Made by a program: the position numbers and the translations under genes
In this document: positions 1 through 13,527 of the stretch, one piece after another
Numbering within the stretch: the first letter of the stretch is position 1
Layout: each line of letters opens with the position of its first letter
Notes under the pieces: generated by a model
The model's database searches: none
What the model saw: only the letters and a program-made list of their open reading frames with translations
Told to the model about the DNA's origin: nothing
Assembly (NCBI GenBank): GCA_951406725.2
Contig: OX597814.1
Coordinates: 32,240,001 to 32,304,000, forward strand
DNA from: Octopus vulgaris
Taxonomy: Eukaryota
Direction: 5' to 3'
Length of the DNA: 64,000 nucleotides

Positions 1-1735
1 CCTCAATGTAGCCAAGAAAGAGATTGGCGAAATTGGGGCCCATCCTAGTTCCCATCGCGACCCCGGACACCTGTTGGTACGTTTCCCCGGCGAACGTGAA
101 GCAATTGAGGGTGAGGACGAGCTCAGCCAAACGGAGAAGGGTGGGGGTGCTGGGGGTGGGGTCGGGACGACGGTCGAGGAAGTGTTGGAGGGCTAGGAGA
201 CCGTCATTGTGGGGAATCACTGTGTACAGGGATTTTACATCTAAGGTGAAGAGGAGGTGTGAGGGGCTGGAAGGGAAGGAAAAGGAATTGAAGAGACGGA
301 GGGCGTGGTTGGTGTCGTGTATGTGGGATGGGAGGGCTGCGACTAAGGGGGACAGGATGCGGTCGAGGTATAGGGAGATGAGTTCAGTGGGGCAATTACA
401 GGCAGAGACTATGGGACGGCCAGGGTTAGAGGGTTTATGGATCTTGGGAAGGAAGTAGATGGTGGAGGTGCGGGGTGTGCGGACGATGAGGTTGGTGGCG
501 GTGAGGGGGAGAGCGGAGGAGGAGATGAGGTCGTGGATGGTGGAGGACACTCGCTGTTGGTAGGAGGAGGTGGGATCGGAGGGGAGGAGGCGATAGAAGA
601 GGGGATTTTGAAGCTGGTTGAGCGCTTCCTCCCTGTATAGGTCCGCGCGCCACACTACCACCGCCCCGCCTTTGTCCGCCGGTTTGATGACAATGTCATC
701 ACGACGGCGGAGGTGGCGAAGGGCGATGGATTCGGCCCGAGTGAGGTTGGCTCGGCGGGGTCTTGGTTCAAAGTTGAAACGGTGGACCAAAGCGTTGCAG
801 TCATGTACAAACGAATCTAGGCTACTGAAAAGGCCTGGGGGCGGCGTCCAGATGGATGGACGACGCCCCAGCTCCAAAAGGCAATCCTGATTGTTGTGAC
901 GCTGCGGGGACGCGTGGTAGTATGCGCAAAGTTTGAGGCGGCGCAGGAACAGGTTGACGTCCGCCCGAGTCTCGAACTCATCACAGTGGCGCGTGAGTGG
1001 CGTGAAGCGGAGACCCTTACTGAGGAGGGAGCGCTCAGCGGCGGAGAGGGGGAGGTTGGGGGGTATAGTGACAACAGCGCGAGGAAGCGGGGTGGTGGGA
1101 GGACTAGGGGCAGGCGGAGGTGGTGCAGGGGTGTGAAGGGGAGGGTAGGGGTGGTTGGGTGAAGATGGGTTAGGCGTAGGAAGGTCACGGTGGGGGGTGG
1201 GGGTCCGTGGAAGGGTGGGGTAGGTGCGGAGGAGGGGGGAAACAGTGGGGGAGGATGGGGAAGGGGGTGAGGGGTTGAGGAGGAGGTGGAGTTTTTTGTT
1301 TTTTGTGTGTGTGAGGTAGCTGTAGAGTAGGTGGTTGAGATTAAGAATGAAGCGGAGGATAGGTTGGGTGAAGAGTGGAGGGCAGAGGGCGGAGAGAAGG
1401 AGGTAGGCCTGGGGAAGTTGATGGTCGAGGGAGTCAAGGAGGGGGCGGGTGGAGCGGATGGTGGCGCGGAGGAGGGAGCGGGAGGTACGAGCGAGGGTGG
1501 GTTCGATGAAGGGGGAGGAATAGGGGGTAGCGTGGAACTTCAAGAGGAAACCGCGGGGTGTGACATGATGGCGGAGACACCGGCTAAGAAAGGAAATATG
1601 ACTGGAATGGCGGGTTTTCTTAAAAAGCAAGCGGGAAAGTTTTATAGCAGGTGCGGAACATTGTGGGGGGAAGAACGCGAGGTAGCGGCTGAGGAGGGAT
1701 TGAAGGTGTTGGACGAACGAGTGCAAGTCAGGCAT
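1..1735 (-). CDS. Penelope-like element 1 (Neptune-like) ORF: N-terminal region plus RT motifs up to B'; runs off the window's left edge
   Basis: Manual translation from ATG at 1735 gives 578 codons with no stop: MPDLHSFVQH...HISFLSRCLRHHVTPRGFLLKF...LLSKGLRFTP...NLTRAESIAL...IKPADKGGAVVVW...YFLPKIHKPSNPGRPIVS...LDVKSLYTVIP...YQQVSGVAMGTRMGPNFANLFLGYIE. These are typical PLE RT motifs. Absent from the ORF track because it has no stop in the window. Confidence 0.93.
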   Translation of the reverse strand, partial: MPDLHSFVQHLQSLLSRYLAFFPPQCSAPAIKLSRLLFKKTRHSSHISFLSRCLRHHVTPRGFLLKFHATPYSSPFIEPTLARTSRSLLRATIRSTRPLLDSLDHQLPQAYLLLSALCPPLFTQPILRFILNLNHLLYSYLTHTKNKKLHLLLNPSPPSPSSPTVSPLLRTYPTLPRTPTPHRDLPTPNPSSPNHPYPPLHTPAPPPPAPSPPTTPLPRAVVTIPPNLPLSAAERSLLSKGLRFTPLTRHCDEFETRADVNLFLRRLKLCAYYHASPQRHNNQDCLLELGRRPSIWTPPPGLFSSLDSFVHDCNALVHRFNFEPRPRRANLTRAESIALRHLRRRDDIVIKPADKGGAVVVWRADLYREEALNQLQNPLFYRLLPSDPTSSYQQRVSSTIHDLISSSALPLTATNLIVRTPRTSTIYFLPKIHKPSNPGRPIVSACNCPTELISLYLDRILSPLVAALPSHIHDTNHALRLFNSFSFPSSPSHLLFTLDVKSLYTVIPHNDGLLALQHFLDRRPDPTPSTPTLLRLAELVLTLNCFTFAGETYQQVSGVAMGTRMGPNFANLFLGYIE

Positions 1736-2150
1736 GATGAGAAGTGGTGGCAAACAGTTAAAGGTGGGAGGTGGCGAAACAGGAAAAAGGAGAGACAACA
1801 GGAAAACAACAAAAGAAGAAAAAGGGTGAAGACGGTTTGAAAACAATAGAACAAAGTTGAAAAAAGTCAGGAAAGAGATTTGAGAGTCAACGGACAGATT
1901 AGGTAATGATTTTCAATCACGGTAATGGCGGTACTCCGGAAGAAGGTTGCGGGTGATCCGTAGGTCAGGATGAATGGTAACAATAATCCGTAGGTGCAAA
2001 AAATCCGGGAATTGAGTATCCAAGGTACAAGGGGTCCGTGTAGGCGCGCAGTGGTATAATTTTAATCCAAACGGGAAACAAAAAAAAACAACAACAAGGG
2101 AACAATTACAGTATTATTATTAATAGGCGCTCAGGAAATGGAAGCAGGGA

Positions 2151-2188
2151 GGTATGACGTTTCGAGCGGAGCTCTTCGTCGGAAACAT
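2151..2188 (-). ncRNA. Minimal type-I hammerhead-like motif (U4C core) in the PLE1 pseudo-LTR
   Basis: Minus strand reads ttt-CCGACGA-A-gagc-tcc-gctc-GAAA-C-GUC; palindromic ACGT stem III; stem I is weak. Confidence 0.6.
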
Positions 2189-3648
2189 AAAGAAGGAAGA
2201 GAGAGGAAAGAAAGATCCCGGAGTGGGCAACGGAGATAGAGAAAAAAAGCTGGTGTTAGCAGTAGCACATGGTGAAAGGCGGATGTTTACGATAACAAGA
2301 GCAAAGTGGGTTTTTAAAGGCAAAAGAGTGGAGACAAGGTTGGTAACGCAACAGATGTGTGTGTATGTGTGAGTGTGTGCGTGTGCGTGTGTGTATGTGT
2401 GTGTGTGAGGCGAGGTAAAAAAACAAAAAATATATGTATGTGTTAGTGTGTGCGTCTGTGTGTAGGCGTGTGAGGTAGGGCGAGACGGTGGTCAGCATAG
2501 CAGCAGCATAGCAGATAAAGGTCAGTAGTGAGAAAAGGGAGGAAGGAGGAAGGGAGGGAGGGGAAGGGGTGGGGGCGTATGTAGCGTGCCAGCGTGTGTT
2601 GAGTAGTAGTGTGTGTGTGTGTCCAGTGTCGTGGTAGTATTAGCGGCGAGTAGATTGAATGTGTGTAAGAGTGATGTATATGTTTAAGCAATGTGTGTAT
2701 ATGTGTGCGCGTGTGTGTAACGAAAAAAGGGGGGGGGGTTAGGAAAAGGACTCCAGCGGAGGGGAAGATGGAAGAGTGGTCCCGCGGAGACGGGCGTGGG
2801 AAAACCCAACGACAAGCGACAGGCCAGGAACGGGCGGGAGGTCTCGTCGGGTCCAAGGGCGAGGTGCATGCGGGCGCATGCGTGCGCGAACCGGCGCAAA
2901 CGCGTGTGTGCGCGAGCCTGCGAGTGTGCGCGTACGTATGTGTGCGTGTGGATGTGTGAGTGTGTCTGTGTGTATGTCTGGGTGGCAGTGTGTCCGATGA
3001 ATGTATGTGAGTATGTGTGTATATATGTGTGTGCATAGATGTATGTCCGTGTGTGTGTGTGTGTGTGTATGTGTGTATGAGTGTGTATGTATGTACGTGT
3101 GGGTGTGGGGAAGTGTGTGTATGTGCATGTGTGTGCGCGAACATACAGGTGTGTGAGTGAGTGCGTGTGTGTGTATGTATGTGTGAGTGTGTATGTATGT
3201 GTGTGTAGGATGCATGTATGTGTATGGGTGTATGTATGCGTGTGTGTATGTATGTATGTGTACGTGCGTGTGTGTGTGTGTATGCGTGTAGGTGTGCGCG
3301 TGTGCATGCGTGCATGTATGTGCGTATGTGTGTGTGTGTGCATGTGTGTGGGTATATATGTGTGTGCGTATATGTGTGTGTATGTGCGTACATGTGTGTG
3401 TGTGTGCATGTGTGTGTGTAGGTGTGTAGGCGTGTGTGTATAGGTGTATGTATGTAAGTATGTATGGGTGTGTCCGTGTATGTGTGTATGTATGTGTGTG
3501 TATGTAGCTGTGTGGGCGTGTGTATATGTGTGTGTATGTAGGTGTGTAGGCGTGTGTATATAGGTGTATGTATGTATGTCTGGGTGTGTCCGTGCATGTT
3601 TGTGTGTGTGTGTGTGTGCATGTGTATGTAGGTGTGTGTGTACGTGTG

Positions 3649-3903
<255 letters not shown>

Positions 3904-3912
3904 TGTATATGG

Positions 3913-3959
<47 letters not shown>

Positions 3960-4064
3960 AAGCTTTACTCTGTCCAAGGCTATAGTAAAAAAAACACTTG
4001 CCATGTAGTGGGAATGAACCCGGAGTCATGTGGGCGGGTAACAAGCTTCTTACCACAAAGTGCC

Positions 4065-4112
<48 letters not shown>

Positions 4113-4310
4113 TGTGTGCGCGCGTGTGTGTGTGTGTGTGTGTGATTTACTCCTTATACTTCATTAGGTTCAGTTCGAGGTTACGGGTATGCTAAGGCAC
4201 CGTCGTTAGCTTTGCTGAACTTTCACTGCTTGGTATCTCCTCTAATAAGTGGCATTTATTGAATACTGTATTTTGATGTTACTGCGTATGAGTGCGTCTG
4301 TATGAGTGTT

Positions 4311-4426
<116 letters not shown>

Positions 4427-4771
4427 TACGCACAAGCACACACATGCAGACGCATCCTGAAACTTCTAAATTTATTCGTTACTATTTATGCATTTGTCAT
4501 TAGGCTTCGTTTTCAGCTTTCTATTGAGGACTCATTTAGGAGTCATTTAGAGTTTTCTTAAGTAACAGATAGAGATCCAGTGTGAAAATAGTTCAGCTTC
4601 AAAGTAGGCTAATTCTGTGTGTATGCATGTTTTTATTTGCTGGTGTTCGCGCATATGTGTGTGTGTGTGTGTGTGTGTGTGTCTCTGTGTGTGTGTGTGT
4701 GTGTGTGTGTGTTTGGGTGAGTACATGTAAACGTTTATGTGTTACTGTTTGTCTTTCATGCATACTCAAGC

Positions 4772-4985
4772 GTGGCGGCGCGTGGTTTAGTGGTCAGGGT
4801 GTTGGATCCCTGATCGTAAAGTAGCGTTTTTGATTCATCAAACTGGTGATGCGTTGTGTTCTTGAGCAAAACACTTCATTCGCCGTTGCTCCAGTCCACT
4901 CAGCAGGCAAGAATGCGTAGTGCTGCGATTGATTGGTGTCCCGTCCAGGTAAGAAATATATACGTCGTGAATCCGGAACACCCAC
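4772..4985 (+). mobile_element. tRNA-derived SINE (family C-related head)
   Basis: ggcgcgtggtttagtggtcagggtg...gttgtgttcttgagcaaaacac; similar to 43075-43310 and 62360-62670. Confidence 0.65.
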
Positions 4986-5054
4986 CCTTATATATCGGTA
5001 TAACTGGGTAAGTTATTTGAATGGGTGTGACTGAAAATAATATTTATATTATTC

Positions 5055-5400
5055 ATAGCCTCGGGTCGACCAAAGTCTGGTGAGTGGATTTGGTAAACGG
5101 AAACTAAAAGAAGCCCGTCGTGTTTGTATAAATATGCGTATGTATATACATATATATGTGTGTGTGTGTGTGTGTATTTGTGTGTGTGCATGTGGGTGTG
5201 CATGTGTCTGTGTTTGTTCCCCACCATCGCTTGAAAACCGATAGTGTTTTCATTTACGTCCCCATAAATTCGCGTTGCGGCATATGAGAACGATAGAGTA
5301 AGTACTAGGTTTACAGAGAATAAGTCCTAGGGTTGACTTGCTCGACTAAAGGTGGTGCTCCAGCATGGCCGCAGCCAAATGACTGAAACAAGTAAAAGAA
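5055..5400 (+). mobile_element. SINE family A, 5'-truncated
   Basis: gcctcgggtcgaccaaag...gactgaaacaagtaaaag with internal (TG)n. Confidence 0.8.
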
Positions 5401-5480
5401 TATATATACATATCTATGTATATAGATATGTATATCTATATATAAGAATTTACATATATATATATGTGTGTGTGTGTGTG

Positions 5481-5532
<52 letters not shown>

Positions 5533-5539
5533 GTGTGTG

Positions 5540-5745
5540 TGACCGCGTGTGTATCGTTGGTGATTTTTTTCCTCCGTCTTCCCTTCCTTGGATCTTTCCT
5601 TTTCCTGTGTTTCTGACGAAGATCTCTGCTCGAAACGTTAAGTCCTCTTTCTTTCTTTCCTTTCCTGCGCTTCCAATAACACTATACTTGTTCCACGTCC
5701 TCATGTTGTGTGTTTTCTTTGTGTTTTCATGTTTGGATTAACTAT
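5540..5745 (+). mobile_element. Short PLE pseudo-LTR 3'-end module with hammerhead motif (5608-5643), followed by (TA)n
   Basis: ttt-CTGACGA-A-gatc-tct-gctc-GAAA-C-GTT; then tttcctgcgc; ends gtttggattaa like the PLE1 pseudo-LTR. Confidence 0.75.
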
Positions 5746-5779
5746 GTATATATATATATATGTATATATATATAAATAT

Positions 5780-5813
<34 letters not shown>

Positions 5814-6011
5814 GCAATAAGAAAATGGAGGGGTACAAGAGTTGGTGTTCATCAACTTAAAGACATTATATTATGTCTATTTTTTTTAAAAAGACAATTA
5901 TAGCAATATATATATATACATGTATAACATATATAGTATATAAAATATAAAAATACCAGTAATTATTAAAATATATAACGTAGAATATAGAAAGTACGAT
6001 AAAATGTATTC

Positions 6012-6109
<98 letters not shown>

Positions 6110-6145
6110 ATCTATAATCATTTACATATATGCAAATATATATAT

Positions 6146-6506
6146 TTGGGTTCCATATAATTTGAAAGAGAACGCAATGAGCTAAACAGCTTTTGGAAAG
6201 GAATCATCAATGGTGATGAAAAATTAATTGTCTACAATAACCGCGATCCAATCATCAACAAGTTCTGTAGGTCGACCCGAACGTTGGTCATCTTTGAATG
6301 AAAAATCTTCAGAACAGGATTTTTTAAGCCATTTCTGACATGTGCGTTCTGTTCAGCAATCAACAACACAAATTTCATATATGGTCTCGTGAGCTTCAAC
6401 AAATTTCTTGCTTTACGAAAATAATAAAGCAAAATATGACGAAAATGTTTGGTTTTGCATTCCATATTAGAATTAACAGCTGTAAATAAAAGTACGTGCA
6501 ATTTGG

Positions 6507-6548
<42 letters not shown>

Positions 6549-6613
6549 TATATATGTAAACATGTATGTATTGGGTTGGCAAGAAAGTAATTTCGTTTTT
6601 CCCAAAAGAGTTA

Positions 6614-6667
<54 letters not shown>

Positions 6668-6815
6668 ATATATGAAAACGATCATGGTCCTAGCACAAAC
6701 TACATTCAAAGCTGAATTGCCTCAAAACAGGTCATGCTGTCAATTTGGGTGGAATTACAAAGGTCGTGCGTATTTTGAGCTGCTTCCAGGAACAAATCGA
6801 TCAATTTAGATGTTT
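6146..6815. pseudogene. Fragmented and rearranged mariner transposase remnants with one TIR
   Basis: + strand WVPxxL-like and IINGDEKLIVYNN (6146-6243), KVMLSIWW/YFELLP-like (6700-6815); - strand MECKTKHFRHILLYYFRK (6243-6465); TIR-like tattgggttggcaagaaagtaatt at ~6569. Confidence 0.8.
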
Positions 6816-6821
6816 ACCTCT

Positions 6822-7155
6822 CTGCAACGGAACTGCCTGCGGGTGTAATTAACGTGCAAGTGGCTGAGCACTCCACAGACACGTGTACAATTAATGTTGT
6901 TCTCAGGTACATGCAGCATGACACAGAAAGTGATCCGGCTGGCCCTTTGAAATACAGGTACAACAGAAGCAGGAAGAAAGAGTGAGAGAAAGTTGTAGTG
7001 AAAAAGTACAGCAGGGTTCACCACCACCCTCTGTCGGTTCCTCGTAGAGATTTAGATGTTTTCACTCAATAAACAGTCACAACGCCCTGTCTGGATATCG
7101 AAACAGCGATCATACGACCGCGAGTCCTCTGCCCTAACCACGGGACCATTGCGCC
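6822..7155 (-). mobile_element. SINE family C (tRNA-Arg-like head)
   Basis: Homologous to 29139-29520. Confidence 0.8.
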
Positions 7156-7161
7156 TGAAAA

Positions 7162-7193
<32 letters not shown>

Positions 7194-7361
7194 GTGTGTG
7201 TGTGTGCGTTTGTGTGCATGTATTGATATATACCACACACACACACACATATTTATATATATAAATATAAATATATGCATATATATATTGTATATTCTAT
7301 GTATTTATATACGTGTGTACACGTTATCGATCATACATAGGTATGATATAGATATATATGC

Positions 7362-7570
7362 GCTTTTACTCTTTTACTTGTTTCAGGCATTTGACTGCAG
7401 CCATGTTGGAGTACCACCTTTAGTCGAGCAAATCTACCCCAGGACTTATTCTTTGTAAGGCTAATACTTATTCTATCGGTCTCTTTTGCCGAACCGCTAC
7501 GTTACGGGGACGTAAACACACCAGCATCGGTTGTCAAGCGATGTTGGGAGGACAAACACAGACAAACAAG

Positions 7571-7604
<34 letters not shown>

Positions 7605-7733
7605 CATATATACAACGAGCTTCTTTTCAGTTTCTGTCTATCAAATCAACTCACAAGGCTTTGGTCAACCCGAGGTTATAGTAGAAGACATTTGCCCAAG
7701 GTGTCACGCATTGGGACTGAACCCGCAACCATG
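7362..7733 (-). mobile_element. SINE family A
   Basis: Homologous to 33628-34048. Confidence 0.85.
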
Positions 7734-8749
7734 TATATATATATATATATATATATATATGCATATGCATATACTTGTACATATACATATAGGTATATAT
7801 GTATACATATGTGTGTATACGTATGTATATATGTATGTATGCATGAAGTCAAATTTTTTTTATACATCCATATATGGCTATATGAGTGTGCTAAGATTAA
7901 TCATTTGTACATTATGTACGCATATGTATATCTATATATACATTAATATCTACACTCATATATATATATATATATATTTATACATATATATACATATACA
8001 TATACAAATGTACATTTTATATATGTATATATGCATATATGTATGTATATATATATATATATAAATATATAAATATAATATATATAGATATATATATATA
8101 CATACATTTACACACTTATACATGTATTATGATATTCATATGTTTCTCTACAACTACATGGAAAGTAAGATGAGATACATATCTATGTGTATTTGAATCA
8201 AGCATTCTATGCCAAAGATTTATTAGCCGACTTTGTTCCAATGCGAATTATGTGCCTCCATACACACCCACACGAACACAAACGCACGCACAAACACATA
8301 CACACTGACACAAACACGTATACCACATTATTTTAACCTCTCATAGATAATGCTTTGACAAGATTTAATTCCCCCGCCCCTGAATGCCAGTGACTCAATG
8401 TGCAATATATTATATAAAATTTCACATAAGAAAAACTCCCATATTTATTGCTCTTCCTGTATTGCGTTTACATAAACTTATACCTATTTCTTATATTTCT
8501 GTTCCAAGTAGGCGGTATTTACCTTAATACATAATCTGATATCTTCAAGTGGCATAATTTGACATAACATATTTGTATGCAATATCTTTATGTCCTTTGT
8601 TTTGTTTGTTTGTTGTTTTTTTTACTGTTTTTAAATATTATAAATTTCTTTTTGGTGTCTTGCTATTTTAATATAATTTATATCCTTTCATACCAATTTA
8701 TATGAACACGTGTATATGCATATATAAATACATACATATATATATATAT

Positions 8750-8933
<184 letters not shown>

Positions 8934-9320
8934 TACATACATAGAGTGTGAGATAGCATGAGTGAACGAGTGTGAGCTCTATCTCCATCTCTCTATCTAT
9001 ATATACGTATGTACATACATATAAAGAGAGATAGGGGGAGAGAGAGGAAAATGAGAGAGAAATTACGGAGAGAGAGAGAGTTGGAAATGAGATTGTTAGA
9101 TAGCTAAACATATTTACATACGCATGTATATATTACATCGTTAGTTTACAACTCTCTCTTCTCTCTCTCTCTTTCTATCTCTTTGTCACTCTCTCTCACA
9201 CACACTCTCTCTGAAACACACGCACACACACACACACATATGCACATAGAGTTAGAAAGACAGTGGAATTCTTGTGTTGCTTAACGTTTGTAAAGTCCTG
9301 AACCAATATGTATGTGTATG

Positions 9321-9351
<31 letters not shown>

Positions 9352-9669
9352 GCTTATGCTTATCTCTAAATATATCAACGTGCATATGCTGGTTATGTAT
9401 TTGTCTTCTATAGTTAAGCTGTGAGTATTCCTATAGATGTATAGATTTCTATTTCTGAGTATGTTATATACGAGGAACATACATATATATACGTTATCAT
9501 GTACACATGGATTCAATACTTTTATATGCATGCGAGACTTAATATGCTGCCACACACACACGCAGGTAATATTTAACTAGAAGTATAGGTGCAAACACTC
9601 AAATGTGTAAACTCTTTCACATAGGATTACTTATATATATACATGCATATAAGTGTACGTATTTGCATG

Positions 9670-9710
<41 letters not shown>

Positions 9711-9734
9711 TGAGAGAGAGAGATACATACAACC

Positions 9735-9812
<78 letters not shown>

Positions 9813-9814
<2 letters not shown>

Positions 9815-10095
9815 GGCTCAATGGCCTAGTGATTAGGGTAGCGGACTCGCGGTCGTAGGATCGCGGTTTCGATTCCCAGACCGGGCGTTGTGAGTGTTTA
9901 TTGAGCGAAATCACCTAAAGCTCCACGAGACTCCGGCAGGAGGTGGTGGCGATCCCTGCTGTACTCTTTCGCCACAACTTTCTCTCACTCTTTCTTCTGT
10001 TGGCCTGCTCGTCATTTGAAGGCTAAAAACAATGCGAAGCGCATTGTGACCAGCGATGTGTAACAACATCTGATGGCCTGGTCGGTCACGGTGAT
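9813..10095 (+). mobile_element. SINE family C with an alternative 3' tail
   Basis: A-box tggcctagtgattag, anticodon arm gactcgcggtc, B-box ggtttcgattcc; tail differs from 29139-29520. Confidence 0.8.
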
Positions 10096-10837
10096 ATATA
10101 TGTATGTATGTATGTATGAATGAATGAATGTATGTATGTATGTATGTATATATGTATGTATACAACAAGAAATAATATTTGTCTCTTCTAATAAAAACAA
10201 AAGGGTTTATAGGACTGCAAATGAAGTGCTCAAATTTAAATGAGACGGAGATAAAGAAGCATTGGTTATAGAACAATCATTAAATTTGGCTCACAAACAG
10301 CACCACCCCTCAAACATTTGAACATATATAAAAATCACCATGGGTCAGAAACACATAAAAATAATACATATACATAAAATCACAGAAATTAAAAGTATAT
10401 AATGGAATACAATACAAATAGAACAGCCTATCAAAAAGTTAAATATAAACGGCTAAAAATTCAAAAGCTACCAAAAAATTTCATAGACAACTATAAAATA
10501 AGTAAAGTTAAAAATAAAATAAAATAAATATCTACCAACTAAAAATGTTTTATCAGACGATTAAAATATTTGTTTTTAAATTAAACGAAATTTTTTTTCA
10601 AATGTTTGAAAAAATGTTTGAAAAAAGTATTTCATTTCCCTCATACAAGTACGTCCAAAATTTATAAGTAAACAGACATCTACAGGTCAAATTCGCATAC
10701 ATCTTGAAAAAAAAGTCGTTTACCCCTTCCACACAAGTACGTCCAAATGTTCATAATGAGCGAATTTCACAGGTGAAATTCAACACTCACATATATCTCT
10801 AAAATATTTTGATCTGTGCGTGTCCCTGTTTCGTGTT

Positions 10838-10916
10838 CAGCCTGATGAGGGGTTCATCACCGCGATGCACTTCAATGTAAATAAGCTGCGGTGGTGAGCT
10901 CCCAAAATGGCCATAG
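10838..10916 (+). ncRNA. Degenerate hammerhead-like motif with long stem II
   Basis: CTGATGA + 16-bp stem with GU pairs (ggggttcatcaccgcg/tgcggtggtgagctcc) + c-AAAA in place of GAAA + palindrome ATGGCCAT. Confidence 0.45.
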
Positions 10917-10917
10917 A

Positions 10918-11006
10918 TCCTTGTGAGTGGATTTAGTAGACGGAAGCTGAAAGAAGCCCGTCGTATATACATACATACATACATATACATACATATACAT
11001 ACATAC

Positions 11007-11072
<66 letters not shown>

Positions 11073-11275
11073 CTATGTATGTTTGTATTCTGTGTTTGTG
11101 CCCTCACCATCGCTTGGTAATCGATGTTGTTATGTTAATGTCTCCGTAACATAGCTTTTCGGCAAAAAGGACGGATAGCAAAAGTACTAGGCTTACAAAG
11201 CATTTTTCCTGGGGTTTATTTGTTCGACTAAAGGCGGTATTCAAATGACTGAAACAAATAACAGAATAAAAGAAT
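10918..11275 (+). mobile_element. SINE family A, 5'-truncated
   Basis: ccttgtgagtggatttagtagacgg...gactgaaacaaataa. Confidence 0.8.
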
Positions 11276-11283
11276 ATAAATTA

Positions 11284-11701
11284 CTCGCAGAGATACCTGG
11301 CGTTTATCAGGAATAAGATGCCATAGTTAGTATATAGTATATTACAGTTATGAAAATGCAAATATATGAATGGGAATTAACTTTAGTTTGTAGCCGAAAT
11401 AGTACTGAATCTTTTGATGCCCCATGCGTGAAAATCGATGACTCGGTTTTGGAATGTCATATATATAGGGCACATCTTTCAAACTAAAAGTATTATTTCA
11501 CATTACAATACAGACGTAATACGGAAATAGTGTAAGAGATAAGAGATTGCTCTGGGCTCGCATTAGGCAAGCAGTTGAAAATGCTTTTGGCCCATGATAC
11601 TGCATGGACCTTAAGTAAGGCATGTGTAAAATTTGAATGAAATCGGTTGTGTAGTTCTCAAGTTTTAGGGATTCACACAAACAGACAGACACATATTCTC
11701 A

Positions 11702-11760
<59 letters not shown>
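11284..11760 (-). mobile_element. Non-autonomous Helitron, degraded
   Basis: Minus strand tatatag(AG)n...gtgtctgtctg...aaccgatttcattcaaatttt; 3' hairpin cctg..cagg plus CGAG (CTAG variant); architecture like 56427-56827. Confidence 0.55.
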
Positions 11761-11782
<22 letters not shown>

Positions 11783-12400
11783 GGCGGTGCATCAGCATGG
11801 TCACAGCTCTGAGCTGAAACTAGAGAAAGAAATATAGATATATATATGTAGACATAAATATATGTGTATATATGTTTTATACACGTGTGCATTGACCTCT
11901 CGTGTATGTGCACGCGTTTATATGCATATATGTAAACACATATATATACATATGCATATATACATGCTCACATGCAGAGAGAGACATACATATATATAGG
12001 TTGAGCGTCCCACTGGGCCTTCCACGTAACCTTCTCGTATATTTTAGCTGGTAGAGCTTTAAGATTATGTCACAAGATATATGTATTCTTTGCATCACTA
12101 CATTCAAATTTCCAATTCCCTCGTGTTTACATTTGCATTTCATGCTTCCAGCCTGGTTAAAATGAAGTACCATAAAAGTCAGTACCCACATGAAACGGCC
12201 ATGGAGGTAACAGTAGAATCGCAAATCTTCATCTAATCTTGGAACTTAGAGTAAAGGCCAAATAAACGACATTTTGCCATAGATTGCCGTGATATCAATA
12301 TTTACATATATTATTCTATAATACTACTGAAAGAACAAACATGGGCGCAGGCAGTCCCACACACGCATATTCACAGGCACATGAACATATAAAACTCATA

Positions 12401-12516
12401 TACGAGGAACCTATGAAAGGGTTTGAGGCTTGAATTTGTGTACCTTCGCCAGAAGTCTTGTATCATGTTTTTTTTGTTTGTTTTGGGAGCTCAAGACTTT
12501 TCATACACCCCTCGTA
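12401..12516. mobile_element. Small mariner/Tc1-type MITE
   Basis: tacgaggaacctatgaaagg ... cttttcatacacccctcgta: imperfect TIRs with TA ends. Confidence 0.55.
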
Positions 12517-12568
12517 TATACATACAGCCTATCATCCAATTATACGCATAAATACTCTCTAAATGTTA

Positions 12569-13176
12569 TGGTTATCACCACGTAAACATGGCTTTTCCGT
12601 AGGGACCGACATTATTCCTATTTTAACCCCAGGAGGGTTCCTCCTCCAGCTGGTTATTACATGCAATCTGCACCCGATATATATTTCCAGTAGATGAGTG
12701 AACCCCAACCAACAACCAGTCTAGCCACGAGACCACGAAACTTTACGGTATGAAGCTTTTTGTGCTCATCCACGGTGGTGGATACTCGTTCGCTAGAGAT
12801 AGCAGTAATTCACTTCAGCTAAAAATATAGAGAAAATAAGTGTCACCTCGTCACTAATTTCGCAACAAACAAATTAGCTTAGAAAATCTCTATCAGAAAT
12901 AAAAGCAGTAACTATACTGAGAATACTGGTTATCGCCAATGAACTACTGCTTTCTCTAGCCGACGAGTATCCACCACCGAGGATAAGCACAAAGAGCTCG
13001 AAACCGCACAGGTAGGGTGGTCTCGTAGTTGGCAGATAGTTGGGGTTCACTCCCAAGCTTGAAATATATATCGGGTGTAGATTACATCCAAAATCCAGCT
13101 TGAGGTGTCTTCTTGAGGTTAAAATGGTAGAAACGTTGGTTCCTACGGAACAGCCATGTTTAAGTGGCAATAACCA
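12569..13176. repeat. Diverged ~245-bp inverted repeat pair (fold-back element)
   Basis: 12569-12815 aligns to the reverse complement of 12938-13176; TTA flanks both ends. Confidence 0.8.
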
Positions 13177-13329
13177 TTACTTTCATCCCTTATAGAGATT
13201 TTCTCACTCCCTAATTTGTCGTTACTCTCTATGTGCGTACACTTGAGACGGTTAACGCATATATACTTCCTTATGGGTATATATATATATATATACATAT
13301 ATACATACATACATATATACATACATACA

Positions 13330-13365
<36 letters not shown>

Positions 13366-13394
13366 TATGTGTGTGTGTATGTGTGTGTGTGCGT

Positions 13395-13527
13395 ATGTCC
13401 CTTTCTGTAGAAGAGCGTAGGCTCGAAACGTAAAAGACTTTTTCTATTCCTGAGCGTTATATGAATACATCTGTTTGTTTTGTACACTACCTGTCTTCGT
13501 CTTTTGGTTTTTCGTAAACTCTCCCTA

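Noticed and set aside
24-1840. + strand and alternative-frame ORFs over PLE1
   Set aside because: Shadows of the GC-rich minus-strand RT ORF
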